Of a stretch of 64,000 nucleotides of DNA, positions 59,018 through 64,000 are shown in pieces (position 1 is the first letter of the stretch; every line of letters begins with the position of its first letter). The notes beneath the pieces are model-generated. The model did no database searches. It saw only the letters and a list, made by a program, of their open reading frames with translations, and was not told where the DNA came from. Made by a program: the position numbers and the translations under genes. Source of the stretch: Eledone cirrhosa (lineage: Eukaryota). The DNA lies in assembly GCA_964016885.1 (NCBI GenBank), contig OZ024742.1, positions 34,038,001 to 34,102,000 on the forward strand. Direction: 5' to 3'.

Positions 59018-60900
59018 AGATCAAAAGATGGTTAAAGGAGTTCCATATATTTTATTATGCGCATTTCAAAAACAAACATCATCAAGCAATAATATTTGTG
59101 TTTTCATCAGATAAAACAGGAGAACATGATATGAAGGCTAAAAAACACTTGTGGATAGTGCAGTTTTAAATCAACATATGAAAAGTGGTTTTAGATTGAT
59201 GTGTGATATTGGGAAAAATATTTTATTTAGAGAGGGGGGGGGGGGAAGGATGAAAAGGGAAGGAGATGATAGGGAGAGATGGGTGATAGAGAGAAAGAGA
59301 TAGTTTTTATAACTGAGAGGAGATATATTTTTTACATAGAGAGGTTGAAAACCGTTGGAAGATACTGTATAAATTAAAAATTTTGAAAATTAACGAAGGG
59401 AGGATATGTGCGAGGAAAAAATATTTTATTTAGGGAGGGGGGGGGGTGGAGAGGATGAAAAAAAGGGGGAGGAGATGAGAGTGAAGGTGGAGAGGGAGAG
59501 ATGGGTGATAGAGAGAAAGAGATAGTTTTTATAACTGAGAAAAAGATATATTGTTTTAATATAGAGAGGTTGGGAACCGTTGGAATATAATGTATAAATT
59601 AAAGGAATTTGAAAATTAACGAAGGGAAATTATGTATGAAGATAGAGAGAAAAAAATAATAATTGTGGGTGAATATTCTAACGTCAAAAGAAGAAATGTA
59701 TGTATTGTGGCAATTTCAAAATTAGCGAAGAGAAAAATTGTTAAGGTTTGTGTGTAGAAGGATTTGAGAAAAATAATGTGAAGTTAAAGTTTGTATATTG
59801 ATTGAATTGATAATATGTGCGAATAAAGAGTTAATATGTATTAATAATGAGTTCGTTGATGGGGAGAAAAAAATAATAATAAATTAAGGATGAAATTGAG
59901 ATTAAAAAGATTTATGATAGAGAGAAAAAATAATAATGATTGCGGATGAATATTCAAATGTCAAAAACAAAAACAAAAACAAAAACAAATGTTATGATTT
60001 TACGAGAAGATAGAATGAGGGTAATGAGTAAACGAGTATTATAGAGTGTATAATGCCCTTTAAAGTAAGGTAGATGGGTATATTTTAAAGAGGTGTATGT
60101 ATATGTGCCTTTGAGAAAAGATTCTAAATTGATAAAGAATTGAATATTAACTGTATACTTTGTGAAAAGTTCTATGGAATTTATGCAGGCAGATAGAAAA
60201 CAAATCTGTGCGTCTATTTATTATAGAATCTAGGTTAGAGATAATGGTAAATTTTTCATTTAGGCAGAGATTACAGATTTTAGATAGAGAGCTGTTCAAG
60301 TATGAGGATGCAGAAGAAATCTTCTTCCAAAAGATGGTATATTTAATGTTTTTGTCTTTTAAGGACCATATGAGTTCTGAGAGAGCAGTGTTAGTTCTTT
60401 TAAGTTTGTATTTGAAAGATTTGTTTTCTATCTGCCTGCATAAATTCCATAGAAATTTTTAATTTATACAGTATCTTCCAACGGTTTTCAACCTCTCTAT
60501 GTAAAAAATATATCTCCTCTCAGTTATAAAAACTATCTCTTTCTCTCTATCACCCATCTCTCCCTCTCATCTCCTTCCCTTTTCATCCCCCCCTCTCTAA
60601 ATAAAATATTTTTCCCAATATCACACATCAATCTAAAACCACTTTTCATATGTTGATTTAAAACTGCACTATCCACAAGTGTTTTTTAGCCTTCATATCA
60701 TGTTCTCCTGTTTTATCTGATGAAAACACAAATATTATTGCTTGATGATGTTTGTTTTTGAAATGCGCATAATAAAATATATGGAACTCCTTTAACCATC
60801 TTTTGATCTTATATTATGCATACTCCAGTCCCACAAACTGTAGAGTGCTTCTTATCCGATATCTGCATTGCTTTATTGTACTACAATACAACTCACCTCC

Positions 60901-60902
<2 letters not shown>
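59012..60902. mobile_element. PLE family 3 with inverted 3' arm (~60455-60816) and tail
   Basis: Minus strand 60147-60422 reads SFKYKLKRTNTALSELIWSLKDKNIKYTIFW...CNLCLNE...CLH (GIY-YIG C-terminus). Flanked by (TA)n. Confidence 0.9.
60711..60777 (+). ncRNA. Minimal type I hammerhead ribozyme (mirror copy 59050-59116, minus)
   Basis: ttttat CTGATGA aaacacaaat...tttgttttt GAAA tgcgca TA ataaaa. Confidence 0.87.
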
Positions 60903-60957
<55 letters not shown>

Positions 60958-60963
<6 letters not shown>

Positions 60964-61693
60964 TAAAATAACAGATTAAACGAAGTTAATACGTCATTAT
61001 ATGGAGCAATGAGAAAAATTACACGCAAAGACAAAACCACGTAAATGGTATAACTGAAGTCGTAGACTAAAATTCTATTTAGGAAACCGAATGATTCTCG
61101 GGTTCAGAGTTAAGAATAAAGTACTTTACACTTTATTCTTAACTCCGAAGCCGAGATTGATTCGGTTTCCTAAATAGAATTTTAGTCTACGACTTCAGTT
61201 ATATCATTTACGTGGTTTTGGCTTTGCGTGTAATTGTTCTCCCTGCTCCACATAATGACGTATTATCTTCGTTTTTTTTCGTTCATTGCCAGAGATAGTC
61301 TCCATGAACCACCTAATAGAATATTAGTCTACGACTTCATTTTTACCATAAACGTGGTTTTGTCTTCGCATGTAATTGTTTTCACCACACCAAATAATGA
61401 CGTATTATCTTCATTTTTTTCCGTTCTTTGCCAGGGAACGTTTCCACGAACCAAAGTATCGTCTTCCTGTCTTCCTTCGATTGCAACTTTTTTTAAATAT
61501 TTATTTCTGCGTTCACAGATTGACTTTTTTTAGTTTCAGAAGATCCCGTTAAGGGTGAAAGCACCGATTCTTTGCTTAAACTTTAATCTGTTATTTTAAT
61601 AAATATTTGCTCTACGGTTCTTATATATCTGATATATATTTATCCTTATCGAGCCCTCTTGGGATTTTAGTCTTCAAATTTATTATTATTACC

Positions 61694-61695
<2 letters not shown>
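60958..61695 (+). mobile_element. Fold-back element with internal duplication, hammerhead-like motif (61532-61582, CAGAAGA core) and tail
   Basis: Hairpin arms ~60980-61122 and ~61131-61272. Motif agttt CAGAAGA tcccgttaagggt GAAA gca...tgc TT aaact. Fragments also at 11207 and 62280-62375. Confidence 0.72.
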
Positions 61696-61774
<79 letters not shown>

Positions 61775-61779
<5 letters not shown>

Positions 61780-62180
61780 CATTATGAAGAGAGAAGAAAG
61801 ATTAGATATAATTAATAATAATATATACCATACCCAAACTCCTTCTTTACTCCTCGACTATGTAGTTTCGTGGCATATTATGCAAAAACACTACATCACA
61901 GAGATATAGAATTTTTGTGAGGTCTGCCGACTTATCAAGAGGATACCTCATTAAGAGTTTCAAAACATGTCCGTAGGACGCAAGATAGATTCCCCAAAGC
62001 CGGAGGGGGAGTCAATCACGTGATACAGCGGTCAAGAAACAGAGCTAAGCCTCTTATAACCATGAAAAAATTACCACGGAGGCGGAGGGGGTACTTATAT
62101 CAAAGCCGTAGAAGAGGTGGCTCAGGTGGCGAGAAGTATGAGTAATTATAGCATTCCAGCACTGACTACACGCATCTGTG
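61775..62180 (-). mobile_element. PLE-type fragment with a degenerate hammerhead (61851-61944)
   Basis: tcctc TTGATAA ... GAAAC tacata GTC gagga; its left end is the reverse complement of 57678-57712. Confidence 0.55.
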
Positions 62181-62280
<100 letters not shown>

Positions 62281-62376
62281 ATAATAAATATATATCAAAT
62301 ATATTTCAGAAGATCCCGTTAAGGGTGAAAGCACCGATTCTTTGCTTAAACTTTAATCTGTTATTTTAATAAATTA

Positions 62377-62463
<87 letters not shown>

Positions 62464-62750
62464 TGTGTGTGTAAAATCTATACAGAAATAACAAAAAATA
62501 ACTAACCAAACGGCACAATACATGGGAGAAATATATTAGTTTAACACTTGAAATAGCAGGAAGGGAGTCTTAACGTTTTGGACACTTGTCCTTCATCAGA
62601 AGATATAGTTAGAAATAGAAGATAAATTGAAAGTAAAGAGTGATGATAGGAAAGATCGAGAAAAATCAGAAAAAAAAAGTTGGGGAGAGAAAAAAACAAG
62701 CGGCATTTGTGACCATATTCGGACTGCAATCTGTACTATATGTGTGCATG

Positions 62751-62897
62751 TGAACGTGTATGTGTCCGTGTGTGTACATACATATATATAAGACTGACAT
62801 GAACGTGTATGTGTCCGTGTGTGTACATACATATATATAAGACTGACATGAACGTGTATGTGTCCGTGTGTGTACATACATATATATAAGACTGACA
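62751..62897. repeat. 49-bp tandem repeat x3
   Basis: Unit tgaacgtgtatgtgtccgtgtgtgtacatacatatatataagactgaca. Confidence 0.9.
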
Positions 62898-62995
62898 TAC
62901 ACTCTGCTTCATCCTTCGCTAAAATATCGCAAACACTCAGCAATATTTCAATCTACTCTAACGGGGAGACTCTCATATTTGTATGTGTCTATATC

Positions 62996-63059
<64 letters not shown>

Positions 63060-63123
63060 CATGTGTGTGTTTATGTGTGTGTGAATCAACTGTTTCAGAA
63101 AAGAAACAACATAGATAAATAAT

Positions 63124-63301
63124 TGTTTCTACTTTAGGCACAAAGCCAGCAATTACCCAGTACATTACTGGTACTTTATTTTATCGACACCTTAAGGATG
63201 AAAAGCAAAGTTAACCTCAGCGGGATTTGAACTCAGACTGTAAAGGGACGTAACTATGCTAGAAAACATGGTGTCCAACCCTCTACCGATACTGCCAATT
63301 C
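63124..63301 (-). mobile_element. SINE with an agataaataat target duplication
   Basis: Close to the 36049-36236 copy; the duplication flanks both sides. Confidence 0.8.
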
Positions 63302-63573
63302 AGATAAATAATGCACTCTAAAATAGAGGGATGGTCGTGGTTCGAAATCTTTTAATCATACGTCTGTTCGATATATGTAGAGCTAAAACGAAACTGCACG
63401 CAAAATAATAACAAAAGGAAAGAATCAACATCAACAAAAAACAACAATAAAAAAGAACTATATATATGTGCGGGAGGGAGTGAGCGTCTGTGTGTATGCG
63501 TGCGAGTATATGTGTTTGTTTGAATGTAAGTATGTATTTATGTATGTATGTAGGTATACAGTCAAACAGTTAT

Positions 63574-63685
<112 letters not shown>

Positions 63686-63795
63686 AAGTTATATTTAAAA
63701 TTGTTGGGTTACAACTAGTAAATATTTATAACTGATATATATATATATAATGAAATAGATATGGTTTTATAAATATAGTTTTCCATTTATTTAAT

Positions 63796-63853
<58 letters not shown>

Positions 63854-64000
63854 AGTTTGAAGAACAGTCAGATAAAATATATTCAATTTTTCTTCTCCTT
63901 AGTCCGTAGAAATTAACTAGATAAATAATGTTTAAACGGAGCTAAGTTTAAAATGTAACTTTGAAGAAATAGCAGATAAATGTCACAGACTTTCCTCTGT

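Overview
AT-rich eukaryotic (animal) genomic DNA, very dense in (TA)n/(CA)n/(GA)n microsatellites. The repeat landscape resembles an octopus genome, which is an inference from repeat style only. The window appears mostly intronic or intergenic. It holds one convincing host exon (24002-24459, minus; signal peptide plus a receptor-like N-terminal domain), a decayed L1/Tx1-type LINE, CRE-like and RTE-like LINE remnants, many SINEs, two MITEs and a 3.3-kb 15-bp GGT-rich minisatellite. The dominant feature is a swarm of Penelope-like elements (PLEs). Three families retain RT-thumb and/or GIY-YIG coding sequence, and more than ten short non-coding families share their architecture: (TA)n - inverted arm - sense arm - unique 3' tail - (TA)n. 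Most carry type I hammerhead ribozyme motifs, several with non-canonical cores. The most notable observation is a covarying bulged hairpin (RCTC-Y...R-[TT/TC/TA]-GAGY) in the 3' tail of about ten otherwise unrelated families, a candidate shared cis-signal for mobilisation. All coordinates and pairings were read by eye and may be off by a few bases.
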